From the IMG/VR virus record IMGVR_UViG_3300003086_000115: 64,000 nucleotides of DNA; one strand, written 5' to 3'. How positions within the stretch are numbered: the stretch's first letter is position 1; each line of letters begins with the position of its first letter. This DNA is from a virus. Its lineage: Duplodnaviria; Caudoviricetes. The notes below the pieces were generated by a model, which did not search any database, was not told the origin of the DNA, and saw only the letters and a list, made by a program, of their open reading frames with translations. The position numbers and the translations under genes are program-made. Below, piece by piece: positions 1-11,081 of this stretch.

Positions 1-3000
1 GGTGTCAACGCGACTTACGTAGGACAATATTCTTTGTTTGTATTTTTCGTAACTTCTAGAATTAAATTCTAATGCATCAAAGAAGTTAAATGCTGTGCTA
101 TCAAGAAATTTAGCCGCTGGTGCTAGTGGTGCACTATTTTGTATAATTGATTCACCATACGCGTCTATTTCGCCTAAGTCCCTAGAATTATTTGCACCAT
201 TTATATCACCTTCTAAACTTATTAGATTCTGTGCTATACTACTGTAATGATTTCTGATTGTTCCTAATGTTAGCTGATTGTTAGTCTCATTGAATATGTT
301 ATTTTCTAAATTCTTTGGTACTTTGTAGTAACCTATCGAACTTTGTTGATCGCTGATTATAAGAACCTGTAAGGTTGCACCTACATCTAGTGTATCATTA
401 AATGTAATAACTGTGCTAGTATCAGTAACTGTAGCTGTATATTCGCTAGGGTTAATAAACTTATTAGTTTGGTATACTTTTATTGCAGGTACGTTTAATT
501 CTACTTTTGGTTGTACATCTAACACTAAACTTACACCATCAAACGTAAAGTTAAACACTTGTGGGGGTATATTAGTTTCAACGAAGTTAGTCCATCCTGT
601 TTCTTTTACGAATGTAGTTCTTGATGTGTATTTTCTAATAAAACCATCGCTTACGTTGTTTGTCTGTGCTGGGTTACTATGTGCAAATGTGTCTTTGTAT
701 AAATTGTTATCAAATACAATATCACCTAAGTTATCAATATTAAGGAACTGCAACGGGAACCCAAGCACTTTATCATTTGCACCTGTGCCAACTCCGTAAC
801 TAAACAGTTTTGTGCCACTAAATGATGTTAATGGATATATTGTAGTATTTGAAAAACTTATTCCGTTTGTATCATATGCATCAAATAAAGGTGGTTGATT
901 AACTGCTGTTTTCTGTTGTGCATCTATCCAAGTAGTACCATCAAAGTAAAATACCTTACCCACTAACGTTACGCCATTTAGACATAATACTGTATGGTCT
1001 ACTTCGGTGATATTATCAACTGTTTCAACTAGATTAATTGTATCGGTTCCGTCATTATCAGGATCAATAAACTGTACTTCATAGACTTTGTTTCTTACAG
1101 TTATATCTATATCATTAGCAAATACAACTCTAGATCCTTCTACTAAAGTATATCCATCTGCTACAAAACTAGTAGCGCCTGCTACTGGAAGAAGTGCACC
1201 TGTTGGTACTGTTGCAGTGTTAGATCCAAACGCGTCAGTTTCACTAAAGTCAATAACATTGATCGGTGTCTTACCTTTAGTACCAAAGTTAAACAGTCGT
1301 AAGTTCTTTTCGAACTCGATGATCGGTCTGGATGCTCTAAGGCCAGTATCAATCACTGCAATTGTATTATTAAGTTCTGCCGTTTGGTTAATAACGTCTA
1401 TGTGGAACCAACGATTACTTCTAGTCCACCCGTTTAAATCTTTACTTGCTCTATTAATAGTAATAAAGTCTAAGTCTGTAGGTGAGTTCGAATCTTGGTC
1501 AAAGTTCGTTGTATCAAACGAACTAAAGTCGAATGGTTCTAACTCGCTGTTTATATAATTTTCTGGTGTAACTAAATCTGTTACTTCAATAAGACTGATG
1601 CCTACACCGACATCTTCTACATAATACTCTCGATTCTCAAAACTAGCTGGGTTAGTAGTACCTCTGAATTTAACTTTAAGTCCATTGGTAAACTTTACAC
1701 CATTGGGGCTAGTATATGTTTTCTTACCAAGTATATCGTTAATGTCTAATACTGTACTACTTGTAGTGTCGACTAATTTTATAACACCGAATCTATTTTC
1801 ATCTGTGCTGTCTTGATAGTACAAGATATCTTGTGCCGCAGTTAATGCAGGTACTTTCTCAAAGACACCTAATGCATTTTTATAAAATGATATACTATTA
1901 TATACTGCTCCGTATCCGATTGTAAATTTCTCTAACTCTGCTACAGGCTTTAATAGGATTAAACTAATAACAGGATTTAACGGATCGCCTATAAATGTTA
2001 TTCGGTAAACGCTATACCTATCAGCTTGAAGATCTATAAACGTTGTTTCTTCAAACGATTCTGCTTCAAATGGAGCATCTTCGTGTAAGTTTAAGTATTG
2101 CCAACCTAAGTCTGCCGAGTCTCCTAGAGTAGGATCAAGAAAAACAACAGTCTTTCCCTCTATGTCAATTACACCATCAATGCCACCTAATGTATTGGCA
2201 AACTGTGCGTTTACCTCATCAAACCGTTGAAAAGTTGCTAAATCAACAGGACTAATGTCATTTAAACCATAAAAGAATTGCTGGCTAGACGTACCTGGAA
2301 CATTAAATGTAATTGTGCCTACATCTTCAGTGTTATTAGAAACACCTAGAATATCTCTACTACTAATATTCGGTGCATGATTTAATGTTCCGTCGGCGCC
2401 CGGTTCTGTTTGTATACTAAAGTTATGTCCTAACTGATTTACAGTAAATGTATATTCACCACCACGTGCTAGTGTGATTACAGGATTTTCACCTGATATA
2501 CCACTAACATTATAAGTCCTGTTTGGTATATTCCTAGTAATATCAAATTCGTTTACTAAAAATGTATCTGCTGAACCAACATCTACACTATCAGGCCCTG
2601 CAGGCAACCAGTAGTACTGGCTATGGTTTGTAAACTTATCGAAGTCGATAAGCGGACTCCAACTGTAAATCTTCTCAGAAAATAATCTATCATGACGTAC
2701 TACATTAGCACCTTTGGTTGCTAATGCATCAATAATCTCTAGATATGTAATTGCATCTTCTACGTTATTGTCATTGTCTGTAAACACAACACCCGGCTCA
2801 AGCTGGTAATTCGCACGTAGGTTGTTAGGTTCCAAAACATACGCATCATCAGCTTCAATGCCGGGACCAAATGTCCTACCAACAAATCCTTGCGTTTGTT
2901 TTAGCTTAGGCTGTTGTACTAGTTGGTCTAAAGTAGCACTCAGAAACTCTTTATTAGTGTCTGTTTTAAATACTTCGGGTAAAAAATCTACTGATCTTAT

Positions 3001-3009
3001 TCTAGCCAT
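1..3009 (-). CDS. Large virion/baseplate structural protein; 5' part only, runs off the window start (>1000 aa)
   Basis: Not in the ORF track. ATG at 3009 directly follows the gp6-like stop and reads MARIRSVDFLPEVFKTDTNKEFLSATLDQLVQQPKLKQTQGFVGR. I did not check every codon down to base 1. Lies in the baseplate operon. Confidence 0.8.
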   Translation of the reverse strand, partial: MARIRSVDFLPEVFKTDTNKEFLSATLDQLVQQPKLKQTQGFVGRTFGPGIEADDAYVLEPNNLRANYQLEPGVVFTDNDNNVEDAITYLEIIDALATKGANVVRHDRLFSEKIYSWSPLIDFDKFTNHSQYYWLPAGPDSVDVGSADTFLVNEFDITRNIPNRTYNVSGISGENPVITLARGGEYTFTVNQLGHNFSIQTEPGADGTLNHAPNISSRDILGVSNNTEDVGTITFNVPGTSSQQFFYGLNDISPVDLATFQRFDEVNAQFANTLGGIDGVIDIEGKTVVFLDPTLGDSADLGWQYLNLHEDAPFEAESFEETTFIDLQADRYSVYRITFIGDPLNPVISLILLKPVAELEKFTIGYGAVYNSISFYKNALGVFEKVPALTAAQDILYYQDSTDENRFGVIKLVDTTSSTVLDINDILGKKTYTSPNGVKFTNGLKVKFRGTTNPASFENREYYVEDVGVGISLIEVTDLVTPENYINSELEPFDFSSFDTTNFDQDSNSPTDLDFITINRASKDLNGWTRSNRWFHIDVINQTAELNNTIAVIDTGLRASRPIIEFEKNLRLFNFGTKGKTPINVIDFSETDAFGSNTATVPTGALLPVAGATSFVADGYTLVEGSRVVFANDIDITVRNKVYEVQFIDPDNDGTDTINLVETVDNITEVDHTVLCLNGVTLVGKVFYFDGTTWIDAQQKTAVNQPPLFDAYDTNGISFSNTTIYPLTSFSGTKLFSYGVGTGANDKVLGFPLQFLNIDNLGDIVFDNNLYKDTFAHSNPAQTNNVSDGFIRKYTSRTTFVKETGWTNFVETNIPPQVFNFTFDGVSLVLDVQPKVELNVPAIKVYQTNKFINPSEYTATVTDTSTVITFNDTLDVGATLQVLIISDQQSSIGYYKVPKNLENNIFNETNNQLTLGTIRNHYSSIAQNLISLEGDINGANNSRDLGEIDAYGESIIQNSAPLAPAAKFLDSTAFNFFDALEFNSRSYEKYKQRILSYVSRVDT

Positions 3010-3012
3010 ATC

Positions 3013-6000
3013 TTAAGAAATTCCGTTTAATTCGCTTTCGGTTAATGAGTCGATAACTTTAACATTATCAACTGTTGCGGCACTTACAAATATCTCAGTT
3101 GGTGCTGATCTAACTTCGTACAAGTTGCCAAATTGTTTAGCACGGTTAACAGGAATAAGAACTACTGATCCGATAATATCACCTAACCTATCGTGCAAAA
3201 ATGCAGACAACTCAGAGAAATAAAATGTATCGCCAAAATCCCAATTATTGATATTAAAGTACTCGTTAGTAACATCTATTACATTACTCTTAATTTCGCT
3301 ATCGCTTGCTAATGAGTTGTGTTGCCTAACGATCGTAATATCTGCACGCAACTCTGCACTTGCTTTAGCGCCAAATAACGGTTTGAATACAGCACTGTTT
3401 AGTATAAGGCTATCACTTAGCATCTTAAAATCATCTAATGATTGATATGCGGTCGTTAACTCTGATATTGTAGGTATTGCAGGTTCTGCAACTGTGTTTG
3501 TAGTGTCTTGTATATAATTCAAATAAGCTGTGTGATACGCATTTGTAACTATAAATGTATCTATAATATTTGTTGTTCCTGGATTAATCCTTTTAGTTTC
3601 GGCACTATTATGTTTGTAGTGGAATTGTAGATCTTGTCTTCCTTTTTGTACAGTAAAGTCAGGTCTTACAACTAATCTTCCTGATACTGATTCTTGAAAT
3701 ATTCCGTTAGTATCTTGCGGTAGATAAAATATCTTCCCCTCAGGGAACGAACTAAGATCTAACCCAGGATCATTTCTGCGATCAAAATCAATGTTAATTA
3801 CGTTGCTAGCTAACGGTAAATCTCTCTCTAGTCCGTCTGCATCGATTAATGTTTGGAAAAAGACTAAGTCTGTATCTAAAACGATATCAGTAAAGAAATC
3901 TGGATTATCTGCAACTGCATCATTATCGCTATCAGGGTAACTAACTTCAACTACGAAGTCATTAACGAATCCGTCAGCTTCAATTGGTTGGCCGATTATA
4001 TCCATCTTAACATCTAAACTTAACGGAGCATTACTTCCTGGTTGTGTGTTAGTTTTTAATACGTTAATAAAATCATTATGACTTTGGCCAGTTCTCGGAT
4101 CATATATACTGCGACTGTGATGATGAATATTGTTTCCGCTAAAGAAAAAACGTGTTTCAATAACGCTAGAGAAGAAATACTTCAATACGTGTGTTGAAGC
4201 TGTATATATTCTATCTTTAGCAATAAACTTAATAATACAACTAGCATCAATACCTGTACCGCTTGTGTCTTGTGCATGATCAAGACTAAAGCCAGTGCCG
4301 CCGCTATGATTGGCATCTAAATTATCACTATTGATAATATACCAAGTACCTGCATCGTTATCATATCCTAATCCGAAGTTAGCAAACGATTCTATGTTTG
4401 CTAACATTGTTTGCTCTAGGTCTAATGGCAAATCAGTATTAAATACCGGAATAATCTCTTTTGGAACTGCATTAGTAGGAATAAAATTAGTTAGTGTAAT
4501 CGGACCAGTACCACCAGTGTTATTACCTATACCAAAGTTAGTACCATCTAACATTACGTTGCTTACGCCAGACCATAGTACAGTGTTGTCTTTCGGTAAT
4601 AAGCTGCCTTCTCTTTGCTTTAGTCTATTATTCTGATCAAAGTAAAAAGGTCCATTAGCATTAGCAGTAGGTGGAATAAATTTAATTAAACTACTTTGCA
4701 CAATAAATTTCCTATTATCTGAAGCATAGTTACCAACTACTAATGGCAATCCAGATGAATCTTTAAAAAACCCAGTCGTTTCATTTGTTGCGGTTGTGCT
4801 TTGACTCCATTCTATATCAATAGGTATTAAATCCTTTCTATCGAACTGATCATAGTAAAGTTGTATAGTACTTCTCTCGCTTAGGCTTGGTTCAATTTGA
4901 CTTCTTATAACTGTTTCGATATCGTTTCTATCTACAAAACTAAATGAAAAGTGTGTAGTTGTCTTATCTTTAAAAACTAACCCGTCACTATTAAAAGTAT
5001 TAATACTAGAATACTTTCCCGTAGGGTCAACTAAATCTAAATAACGACTAGTGCCTACATTTGTTCTAACTACCGCCTTGCTTTTGATAATACTATTAAA
5101 TGCTGTATATGGGAAGTTATTATAATCTTCGCCATTGACCATTCTGTTTTGTGTATAAAATCTAGCAGGTGCATTGCGTTTAATGTCATCTAAATCTTCT
5201 TTAGCACTCGCAGTACTAACATTTTGTGCTAGACTAACTGTAAATGTTGCAGTTTCGATTCTGCCGTTTCTGCTTGTGTAAGGCACAGCTAAATTGATTG
5301 TTGCTATGTCCGATGGATTTATAACATACGTTAACCCGTTACTACTTCTAACAAAATTACGGAATGATCCTGTTGGGATATCACCAAATACACTATCGCC
5401 AAAGTTCAACGTTAGTTGATCATTAGCTCTATTAGTTACACTGAAGAACTTACGATCTGACGATACATTTTGTGTTGTAATAGGTGCGTAGATATTTTCT
5501 ACTTCTGACCATTCATTTAGTATAGCGCCAGTATTAGAGTCTAGCTCGTATAACCAAATATCATCGTTGTTAATACCGTCTACGTTGATGTCTACGCTTC
5601 TGTTTGCAATCCTATCACTTAAAACAAAGTCTTTATTTGTTAGTGTTCCTTGCATGAAGTAGAAAAAGAATCCTGTGTTTTGACTAGCAAAACCTAAGTT
5701 ATCATTTTTATATAATATATTAAACGGACCATTTACCTTTGGCGAAGGTTCATATATCTTAGTATTATTAATTGATGTTGCACTAACTGCTTCAAAGTTC
5801 ATAGCAGTGCCATTTACTGTACTACTAAATGGTATTACTGGTAATAGGTTCGGTACTAGCTTAACTGTATATTCTTCGTTAGTAACACCTAGTATCTCTG
5901 CTGTTCTACCTGGCTTGCCAACTTGTTGGCTGTCTACTAATATGCTGTTAAAAATTGTGTTGAATTGATCTTGCCAATCAACGTTAGTAGAATCGTTAAA

Positions 6001-6429
6001 CCTAACAGTTACATTACTAAGGTTATTACCGTTATAGTCTGTAATATTTTCAGTAGTGTTAACTGATGTAACTTTTAAAAATCCTCTACCTGCTTCGTTA
6101 CGCTTTGGTGTATAACTAACTAGTTTAGCAAGATTTACTACACTATCTCTGCGCTCTGCTGTATCAATGAAGTTCTCTCTAGTGTTAAGATCTTGTCTAT
6201 ATGCAATACCCTGTCCCATAAAGGCAATAACATCAAGCATTGCAATAAACTCAGAGCTCTCTACATAGTCATTAAAGTCTTCTGGATAGTGGTGTTGTAA
6301 GTAATCTACAAAACCTTTACGTAACGTTTCAAAGTTATAACTCTGAAAGTCAGCTTGATTATAAGTTTTATATAAGGATCTCCAATCTTCAATTCCAAAA
6401 AGGTTTGTTTGTCGTGAAGTTGTTGCCAT
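3013..6429 (-). CDS. gp6: Baseplate wedge subunit (T4 gp6-like)
   Basis: N-terminal DFQSYNFETLR...FNDYVESSEFIAMLDVIAF...FIDTAERRDSVVNLAKLVSY and later QNRMVNGEDY motifs; follows gp25. Confidence 0.85.
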   Translation of the reverse strand: MATTSRQTNLFGIEDWRSLYKTYNQADFQSYNFETLRKGFVDYLQHHYPEDFNDYVESSEFIAMLDVIAFMGQGIAYRQDLNTRENFIDTAERRDSVVNLAKLVSYTPKRNEAGRGFLKVTSVNTTENITDYNGNNLSNVTVRFNDSTNVDWQDQFNTIFNSILVDSQQVGKPGRTAEILGVTNEEYTVKLVPNLLPVIPFSSTVNGTAMNFEAVSATSINNTKIYEPSPKVNGPFNILYKNDNLGFASQNTGFFFYFMQGTLTNKDFVLSDRIANRSVDINVDGINNDDIWLYELDSNTGAILNEWSEVENIYAPITTQNVSSDRKFFSVTNRANDQLTLNFGDSVFGDIPTGSFRNFVRSSNGLTYVINPSDIATINLAVPYTSRNGRIETATFTVSLAQNVSTASAKEDLDDIKRNAPARFYTQNRMVNGEDYNNFPYTAFNSIIKSKAVVRTNVGTSRYLDLVDPTGKYSSINTFNSDGLVFKDKTTTHFSFSFVDRNDIETVIRSQIEPSLSERSTIQLYYDQFDRKDLIPIDIEWSQSTTATNETTGFFKDSSGLPLVVGNYASDNRKFIVQSSLIKFIPPTANANGPFYFDQNNRLKQREGSLLPKDNTVLWSGVSNVMLDGTNFGIGNNTGGTGPITLTNFIPTNAVPKEIIPVFNTDLPLDLEQTMLANIESFANFGLGYDNDAGTWYIINSDNLDANHSGGTGFSLDHAQDTSGTGIDASCIIKFIAKDRIYTASTHVLKYFFSSVIETRFFFSGNNIHHHSRSIYDPRTGQSHNDFINVLKTNTQPGSNAPLSLDVKMDIIGQPIEADGFVNDFVVEVSYPDSDNDAVADNPDFFTDIVLDTDLVFFQTLIDADGLERDLPLASNVINIDFDRRNDPGLDLSSFPEGKIFYLPQDTNGIFQESVSGRLVVRPDFTVQKGRQDLQFHYKHNSAETKRINPGTTNIIDTFIVTNAYHTAYLNYIQDTTNTVAEPAIPTISELTTAYQSLDDFKMLSDSLILNSAVFKPLFGAKASAELRADITIVRQHNSLASDSEIKSNVIDVTNEYFNINNWDFGDTFYFSELSAFLHDRLGDIIGSVVLIPVNRAKQFGNLYEVRSAPTEIFVSAATVDNVKVIDSLTESELNGIS

Positions 6430-6482
6430 ATCATGCCGTAAAATAAGTTTAAACTATTTATGCGGTTAATAATATGGGTATA

Positions 6483-6860
6483 TTATGAAGCGATTCTAAC
6501 TGAATTCTCTTCTTGGTTGAATAAAAGATTAAACGACTGCAAGTCGACATCGGGGAAGATCCTAACGTTCATCTCTATTAGTATGTTGTTATCTTGCGAA
6601 AACACTTCTATTTGCTCTGCTTCTATTCTTGGATCAGCATCGATTAAGTTCTGCAGTTCTGCTACTATCTTGCGTTGTATTTCAGGAACATTTGGTTCAA
6701 ATACATAATTCCAAATACTAGTACCGTAGCCAGGTCTTCCAGGTAACTCGCCAGACCGTATGCTTAACGCATTTAATAAGTCACGCTTGACTAATTCACG
6801 CCCTGTAAGTGTGAACTTTTTAGTCTGTCCTATTGTGTTGTATCCTTTGTATTCGGCCAT
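6483..6860 (-). CDS. gp25: Baseplate wedge / sheath initiator (gp25-like)
   Basis: LVKRDLLNALSIRSGELPGRPGYGTSIWNYVFEP...DPRI pattern; 125 aa. Confidence 0.88.
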   Translation of the reverse strand: MAEYKGYNTIGQTKKFTLTGRELVKRDLLNALSIRSGELPGRPGYGTSIWNYVFEPNVPEIQRKIVAELQNLIDADPRIEAEQIEVFSQDNNILIEMNVRIFPDVDLQSFNLLFNQEENSVRIAS

Positions 6861-6863
6861 GTC

Positions 6864-8282
6864 TTACTCTCCCTGTGTATAACGCGGTGGTTGTACTTTA
6901 GCATTATTTATAAGGTCTATAATTTGCTGATTTAGCTCTTCCCGATCAATTACTGGTATTAGTCCCGGAGCAGGTTCTCCATGCAGTGCATATGGTTCAT
7001 GTGTTGGTATTCTAGTAACAATACTTTCTAACGACGGTTCTTCTTCTGCCGCCCAGCCGTCATCTGTTAACTCATTGTCAGTATACACGGTAGGTTCCAT
7101 TGGTGTAATATCTGTTGTTTCTGTGCCTGCACCATCTTTGTTTAGGTCAATTCTTGTACCACCAACATCAACATTCGCAGTTGATTCTATATTAATATTC
7201 TCAGTTGACTTTATATCAATTCCTTCTTCTGTTAATACGCTTAACTTTTCAGCTGATTCAATATTAATGTCCTCGCCTGTGTACAAATTAAAATTCGCGC
7301 CAGCATGCATATTAATATCTTCGTCGGCGTGTAAGTTAATTGTACCTTGTGTTCTTATGTTTACGCTATTAGAACTGTACAGATCTATTGTCCCTGACTT
7401 ACCAAACTCTAGCCAAGACTGGCCGTTAGCATGAGTAATGTAAAATGCCTCACCGTCATCTGACATTGTAATTTGGTGTCCCAGTGCTGTGCGTATTCTT
7501 AAAACTTGGTCTTTACCTTCTAAGTCACCATCGTCCATTGTGATACTATGTCCGCCTCTACGTCCTATTACTTTTACATCTGCTTGCGTAATTTCATTAT
7601 TTGTATCTGCATCTAGTGTTTCTTTAATGTTATCATCATACAATCCGTTAGCATAAACAGGTCTTCCTGGCGTACTAATGCCATAGCAATTGCTAGGGCT
7701 TTCACGCTGTACAGTGGAGCCTATAGGGCCTCTAATGTCGTCATTTGTAAGACCTTGCTGGTACATTGTAGCAACAACCGATGAATGCTGTGGCTTTTCT
7801 TCATCGTAGAATCTAGGAGTCTCTGTTATTGCAGGGTCTTTGCTATTAATCTCTGTAACGTTATTAGCTGTCGCTGGTATCATATGTATTTGACCTGGAT
7901 CAGTAATACAGCCTGCGTAGTATCCATAGTTTGGATCGCCGTTAACAAAGAAGCATAATAGCTTTGTTCCTAAGTCAGGAGAAGTAAACCACATACCATA
8001 TGAATGAGAATTGCCAATCGGAGTACCAGTACCTACGTTAGTACCTGAGTGTTCTGTTTTACCGTAAAACGGTGCTAAGTAAGAAACTGTTCGCCATCCG
8101 CCTGGATCATTTCTATTTTGTTTAGCAAACGCTTCAATATACACTTGTACACGGCCGTTACGAGTAGGATCGACGTTGTTCATTACTTCGCCAACATATG
8201 GTCCTGACTCCATAGGAGAACCACCCCTATCAAACTTATAGCCTGCTGTTCTTCCTTTACTCTTTAATATATTTTCAGCCAT
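6864..8282 (-). CDS. gp5: Baseplate central spike (gp5/VgrG-like OB-fold plus beta-helix); no lysozyme domain evident
   Basis: VDPTRNGRVQVYI OB-fold, SYGMWF, GHSITMDD/GHQITMSD and INLHADEDINMHAG repeats. Confidence 0.75.
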   Translation of the reverse strand: MAENILKSKGRTAGYKFDRGGSPMESGPYVGEVMNNVDPTRNGRVQVYIEAFAKQNRNDPGGWRTVSYLAPFYGKTEHSGTNVGTGTPIGNSHSYGMWFTSPDLGTKLLCFFVNGDPNYGYYAGCITDPGQIHMIPATANNVTEINSKDPAITETPRFYDEEKPQHSSVVATMYQQGLTNDDIRGPIGSTVQRESPSNCYGISTPGRPVYANGLYDDNIKETLDADTNNEITQADVKVIGRRGGHSITMDDGDLEGKDQVLRIRTALGHQITMSDDGEAFYITHANGQSWLEFGKSGTIDLYSSNSVNIRTQGTINLHADEDINMHAGANFNLYTGEDINIESAEKLSVLTEEGIDIKSTENINIESTANVDVGGTRIDLNKDGAGTETTDITPMEPTVYTDNELTDDGWAAEEEPSLESIVTRIPTHEPYALHGEPAPGLIPVIDREELNQQIIDLINNAKVQPPRYTQGE

Positions 8283-10783
8283 TAGTCATCTCGTGCAACG
8301 TTCTCATCTCGTTCTGCAAACTCTATATCTAAATCGTCAAATTGTGACTCAGCTTCCATAAAGTCTTGGTCTAGCTCGGCTTCACTCATCATCGAATCCA
8401 TAATGTTATTTTGTTTTATTTGTTCTTCCTTATCTAGCTGTTCTTGGGTTGGAAACAACATCATAATGCCTTCTAAAGTTTGTGTAAATTTACCTTGAGA
8501 CAAGTTCGTGGTTATTTTATTAGCCAGGTATATTAGGCTTATTCTAGATACTCCGCCTTTTCCACTTCCTAAATTCCTACCAAAGTTTTTAGTACCCGGA
8601 TCAGCAAGTCCTGTTTTTAAATCATAGTCTATATTTGTATTGTAATTTATAGAGAATAAGACCTCAGAGGAATCATAGTTAACCGAACCATCTTGCATAA
8701 ACGGACCTGACCCTGCTCCACCTTGGTCTACGCTTTTAAGTGCATTAGTAGGTGAATAGAATATCTCGCTCTGTGCTATCCAATCTGGATCACCTACTAT
8801 TGTTAGTATTGCAGACGCTTGATCTGCTGGGCTATATAATAAACTTGCAACATTTGACGATGGCTCATTTCTTCCATTTTTTCCACCTATACCTTTGTCT
8901 GAGCTACTATTTTGATAGTATCTTTTAGTTAATTCTCGTGCATTGTTCTGCATTAACGGAGTTCTAATGTCAGAACCAAATGTTTGATAGTACGAATAGT
9001 TATAAGTTTGAGTAAAGCTTAAGACTTCTGTGTTCTTACCTGTAAACCAGTATTCGTATTCTTTATGCACGCCGCGGAATGTTTTTTCACTAGTTCCAGG
9101 AAAGTACGGAGATCTAGTATTATTAACAAGATAACGTGATATTACATACTTAATTCTGTAAGCATAGTCATTGCGCTTGTTATCATACTTTAACGGCTTA
9201 ACTTCGGTTCTAATTTTAAACCACTGGAACACTTTTTGCGACTGCTTGTAGTTTGATTTTCCTGTAACTTCGTCGATTACTATATCTTGTTGATCGCTAA
9301 TATAACTGCTTGTTCTAATTATTGTATCTAATACTTGTACTATTGGTTGACCAGCTGTAATAGAATAAATTTTTGCGTCTTTGTTATAAGCGCCTCTCTC
9401 TGTTAGTAGATCGTGTTGTGCCTTGGTTGTCTTAGACATACTTACACGCTCTTTATCTATAAACCCCACAGGTGATGCTACTTTTGCTTCGCCTATGTTA
9501 CTCCCGCTTTCAAATTCAATTAAGTATTCGTTTGCTACTTCATAACGTTGCGTTGTTACTAAATCTTTTTGTACTGAATTTAGAGTTTCTATTAACGACG
9601 GAGCATCTACTTCTTGTGCTTCTTCGGGTGTTACGTTTTCTTCACTAGTATTCGGATTAGTGTCGTCTTCTTGATCAACTGCTTTGTTTTTACCGACTAA
9701 TAATGATCTAACTGTTTGACCTGATAATTCTATATTTTCTGTTACTGTTGCTTGAGCAACGCCGAACGGTACTGAAGTTTGCGGACATACTGCTTTACAC
9801 GAGTAATTAACTAAATCGTTGCTTATAGAGAATTGTATGTCTGTAAACTGGAATGGTATAAACTTTTCTGATACACTCTCTGTACTGCTTAATGCTTCTG
9901 TTAGTCCTGAATCTTTACCAGATACTTGGTTACCGTTTATATCATACCCGTAAAATCTTACTACCATTAAGTAATTTTGTGCGGCATAGTTAATCTTACT
10001 TTGGTTAATACCCTTTCTTTTATTGTGGTCTTGTACTGCTGAATGCAGTCTTTCTAAAAAGCTCAACCCGTTTGGTTCAGTAATTGTAAACGACATGTCA
10101 AACATATTATGTGGAGAGTTTACAGATGTGCCTGATACTAGTCCGTTTAACTCAATGTCGTCTATAAAAAAATCTACATTAAAAAATGGACTACGTCTTG
10201 CTCCGTGGTTACCTTTTTCGTCGTTAGAAATACCGCCACTTTGCACAAGTAAATCTAATCCTTGCACAGACTTAATTCCCGTTGATATCATCGATCCGTA
10301 TTGTTCTGGTCCCATTAAGTAAATGCTAGCGGCGTATGTCATTGTAGCAAACCCTTTAAATGGATTCTCTTTTGATTTTATATCTTCTAAGAATTCCGGA
10401 GGTATGTTACTAGTACCTGTGTCACTGTTAGTTTCATTTTCTTCTTTGTTACGTTCAAATTTTGTAGCCCCTACACGACTAGTACCAGGTTCAAACTTTA
10501 CTCTACCTGTTGTAGAATTCTTAGTAACACTGCCAGACCCGTTTATTCCTGCACTAGAACCAGCAAAAGCATCATTAAATTGTGTTGCTACTCTTTCTGC
10601 ATTGCTTGCGAATGCTTGTGTGTCGATCGATGAGAATTTTTCTCCGGCGGCTTTAAGACCTTGGCGTACTTTATCGTTTATTCCATCTAACGTATCAGTA
10701 TCAATAAACGGAGTCTGTACTCTAGAAAACTCTGCACCTGCTTTTTTTAATGCGTCTACAATTTTAGCACTACTATCTGGCAT
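8282..10783 (-). CDS. Putative baseplate hub protein (gp27-like)
   Basis: Lies between gp53-like and spike genes; LTIVGDPDW and GKFTQTLEG C-terminal motifs of hub proteins. Confidence 0.55.
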   Translation of the reverse strand: MPDSSAKIVDALKKAGAEFSRVQTPFIDTDTLDGINDKVRQGLKAAGEKFSSIDTQAFASNAERVATQFNDAFAGSSAGINGSGSVTKNSTTGRVKFEPGTSRVGATKFERNKEENETNSDTGTSNIPPEFLEDIKSKENPFKGFATMTYAASIYLMGPEQYGSMISTGIKSVQGLDLLVQSGGISNDEKGNHGARRSPFFNVDFFIDDIELNGLVSGTSVNSPHNMFDMSFTITEPNGLSFLERLHSAVQDHNKRKGINQSKINYAAQNYLMVVRFYGYDINGNQVSGKDSGLTEALSSTESVSEKFIPFQFTDIQFSISNDLVNYSCKAVCPQTSVPFGVAQATVTENIELSGQTVRSLLVGKNKAVDQEDDTNPNTSEENVTPEEAQEVDAPSLIETLNSVQKDLVTTQRYEVANEYLIEFESGSNIGEAKVASPVGFIDKERVSMSKTTKAQHDLLTERGAYNKDAKIYSITAGQPIVQVLDTIIRTSSYISDQQDIVIDEVTGKSNYKQSQKVFQWFKIRTEVKPLKYDNKRNDYAYRIKYVISRYLVNNTRSPYFPGTSEKTFRGVHKEYEYWFTGKNTEVLSFTQTYNYSYYQTFGSDIRTPLMQNNARELTKRYYQNSSSDKGIGGKNGRNEPSSNVASLLYSPADQASAILTIVGDPDWIAQSEIFYSPTNALKSVDQGGAGSGPFMQDGSVNYDSSEVLFSINYNTNIDYDLKTGLADPGTKNFGRNLGSGKGGVSRISLIYLANKITTNLSQGKFTQTLEGIMMLFPTQEQLDKEEQIKQNNIMDSMMSEAELDQDFMEAESQFDDLDIEFAERDENVARDD

Positions 10784-10784
10784 A

Positions 10785-11081
10785 TTAGAATCCTAAAGTT
10801 TCGCGTAAAATACTTAACTTAGGTAAAAGGATTGTAGTACCTTCTACAAAGCTAAACAAAGGATCAGGTAATGTATTTGGGTTACGCTGTGCAAATACCC
10901 ACCACAAGTCTGAATCTTCGTACAGGTCAAATGCTAGTAAATCAGGACGTAAGTTGTACGTTGCATTAATCTGAAATCGTTGATCGTCAGATCGTTTAGG
11001 AATACTCCTGTTAACTAAGAAATTTAAATTTGCTTTAGTTGCAGTTGTTTCAAAGTATGAACTTGTTGCTCGATATGACAT
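10785..11081 (-). CDS. Baseplate wedge LysM-like protein (gp53-like)
   Basis: YNLRPDLLAFDLYEDSDLWWVFAQRN motif. Confidence 0.75.
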   Translation of the reverse strand: MSYRATSSYFETTATKANLNFLVNRSIPKRSDDQRFQINATYNLRPDLLAFDLYEDSDLWWVFAQRNPNTLPDPLFSFVEGTTILLPKLSILRETLGF